DNA of 64,000 nucleotides from Felis catus. Lineage: Eukaryota. Under the pieces are notes generated by a model that was given only the letters and a program-made list of their open reading frames with translations, did not search any database and was not told the DNA's origin. Shown here piece by piece: positions 62,356 to 64,000 of the stretch. Location of the stretch: positions 235,044,001 to 235,108,000 of the forward strand of contig NC_058368.1 of the NCBI RefSeq assembly GCF_018350175.1. Direction: 5' to 3'. Each line of letters begins with the position of its first letter. The first letter of the stretch is position 1. The position numbers and the translations under genes were made by a program.

Positions 62356-62918
62356 CAACTGCCCCTTGAGCAAACACGCGGCCAACGCACGGGTCCATGT
62401 CCCCCATGAGTTTTTTCAATAAACACAGTACAGGACTATATATGGATTTTATTTTCCTTGTGATTTTCTCTTTTTAACTTTATTTTGAGAGACAGAGAGA
62501 GAGCATGAGAGAGCAGGGTCGGGGCAGAGAGAGAGAGAGAGAGAGAGAGAAAGAATCCCAAGCGGGCTCCCCGATCTCAGTGCAGAGTACAACATGGGGC
62601 TTGAACTCATGAACCGTGAGATCACAAGCTGAAGGGAAGTCAAGAATCAGATGCCCAACCGGCTGAGCTCCCCAGGCGCTCCCCCCTTATAATTTTCTTG
62701 ATAACATTTTCTTTTCTCTGGCATATAATCGTAAGAGTATAATATATAATACTTATAATGTACAGAATATGTGCTAATTGACCAAAGGCTTCTGGTCAAC
62801 AGCAGCCTATAAGTAGTGGTTAGCAGCTGAGTTTGGGGGAAGTCAAAAGCCACGCGTGAATTTTCTACCACATGGGGGCTGGCATCCCAACCACACACAG
62901 TTGTTCGGGGATCCACCG
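62356..62918 (+). mobile_element. Tigger2-type MITE interrupted by a SINE
   Basis: CCCTTGAGCAAACACG...TTTTCAATAAACACAGTACAG...ATAACATTTTCTTTTCTCT...AAGGCTTCTGGTCAACAG...GTTGTTC. Confidence 0.75.
62470..62684 (-). mobile_element. Can-SINE inserted in Tigger2-type element
   Basis: Reverse structure with (GA)n; TSD CCTT(G/A)T(G/A)ATTTTCT. Confidence 0.9.
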
Positions 62919-63299
62919 TATTTCAAGTTCTATGTTCACAAAAGTTGTCAGGACAAAAGGAAGGTGGGCCTTCAGGAGGTCCCCAAAAGGTCAGGGCATG
63001 TGTTCGTATTTCAACTGTGTACCGCGTGACAAAAGGTGGCGGGCATGGAAGGGAAAGCCACAGTTCGGGGACGGCCAACGCCACTTATCCTGACAAAGGC
63101 CAACTTGTTAGCATTTCAGCACCAGAGACAAGCCTTGTGATAGCAGGGCGGAATCTCCCCGGGGAACCCCTCTCTTTATAAACTAAGTAGAAGATGGTAT
63201 CTCTTTCACGCTGGGGTGTCCCAGGTGAAGGCTTGTTTCCACAAATCTCTCGAAGGCCTTTCCATCTTGCAACGGTCATCCACTCTGCAAGATAAGCAG

Positions 63300-64000
63300 T
63301 CTTTCTATAGGGACGGCAGGCTTTCATTTCCCGGCGCTCGCTTCCGGAGGAGGTACTCATTTGGCTCCTGGCATGATCTTCTTTAGTTTTGTCTGCACGA
63401 GGAGGAAGTTCAGGCAGGCAGGAAGCCATTCTTCGGTTTTCAAGACTATTCGGTTTCCAGGCAGGCCGGGCCGCTAATCCGGAGTGTTCCCCCGGGGTGC
63501 TCACTGCAGACCAAACTCCGGGTAAGTCAGCCCCGTGTGCCTTACCTGAGTCAAGCAGAGGGCAAGTTAACCATCTAATTGGGATCCAGGCCCTGCATCT
63601 GGTGGGATCCCGCGGGGCTGTCCCCGGAGGTCATCAGGCAGATGCCGGCCTGGAGGGGTCGGGACGGTGACCTCTGAACGGTGAGCGGGGCCACCTGCCT
63701 TCAGGCCCTTCCCGCAAGGACCACAGCACGGAGGCGCCTGCAGGTCCCCGGGTGCTCTCGCCACCCCGCCGTCTCCCGCTCCCCTTGCACCTCAGGGTGA
63801 AACGTTCCTGACTCGGAAGGAACCCACGTGAGCCACGCCCACGGTGCACGCGCTCTGAGAGGTGATCTCAGAAGCGGACGGGGGAGCACGCCGGGGCCGC
63901 AGGGGTGAGGCCGCCGAGAGCTGGATGGGGCAGGGGGGTGGGGGGGGCTCCTCACCCAAGGGAGCCTGCAGGCTTAGGGCCCCTGCCCTGTGCTGAGTTG
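63300..64000. promoter_or_regulatory. CpG-rich region running to the window end, candidate promoter or first exon
   Basis: High GC/CpG in unique sequence; ETS-like CTTCCGG near 63341; consensus donor CGG|GTAAGT at 63521/63522; AP-1 TGAGTCA near 63547. Confidence 0.4.

Noticed and set aside
63085..63504. 139-aa minus-strand ORF near the CpG-rich end
   Set aside because: No homology I can recognise and no supporting exon structure.

Overview
Mammalian carnivore genomic DNA, very likely felid (cat lineage), judged from the tRNA-derived Can-SINE subfamilies and the L1 3' end. The window is fairly GC-rich and repeat-dense. I could not recognise any cellular protein-coding gene, rRNA or tRNA gene. 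The only ORFs with recognisable homology are LINE-1 ORF1/ORF2 fragments, and the long ORFs elsewhere are artefacts of simple repeats, a minisatellite or SINEs. The window holds 27 Can-SINEs (five from a very young subfamily), several L1s of different ages, MaLR/ERV LTRs including a three-layer nest, two Tigger-type DNA elements, hAT MITE remnants, a ~1.1 kb 20-bp minisatellite, long purine/pyrimidine tracts and two CpG-rich candidate promoters. The best-supported unusual observation is an L1-mediated 3' transduction at 29116-30585: a 14-bp target-site duplication brackets a young L1 plus ~500 bp of extra sequence ending in a second AATAAA and A-tail. Other notable items are an internally deleted but originally near-full-length L1, an old L1 fragment strongly shifted AT->GC (possible GC-biased gene conversion), a perfect 28-bp-arm microsatellite palindrome, and closely spaced inverted SINE pairs. 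Repeat subfamily names come from my recollection of consensus sequences and need RepeatMasker/Dfam confirmation. I found no convincing evidence of a novel multi-gene system.
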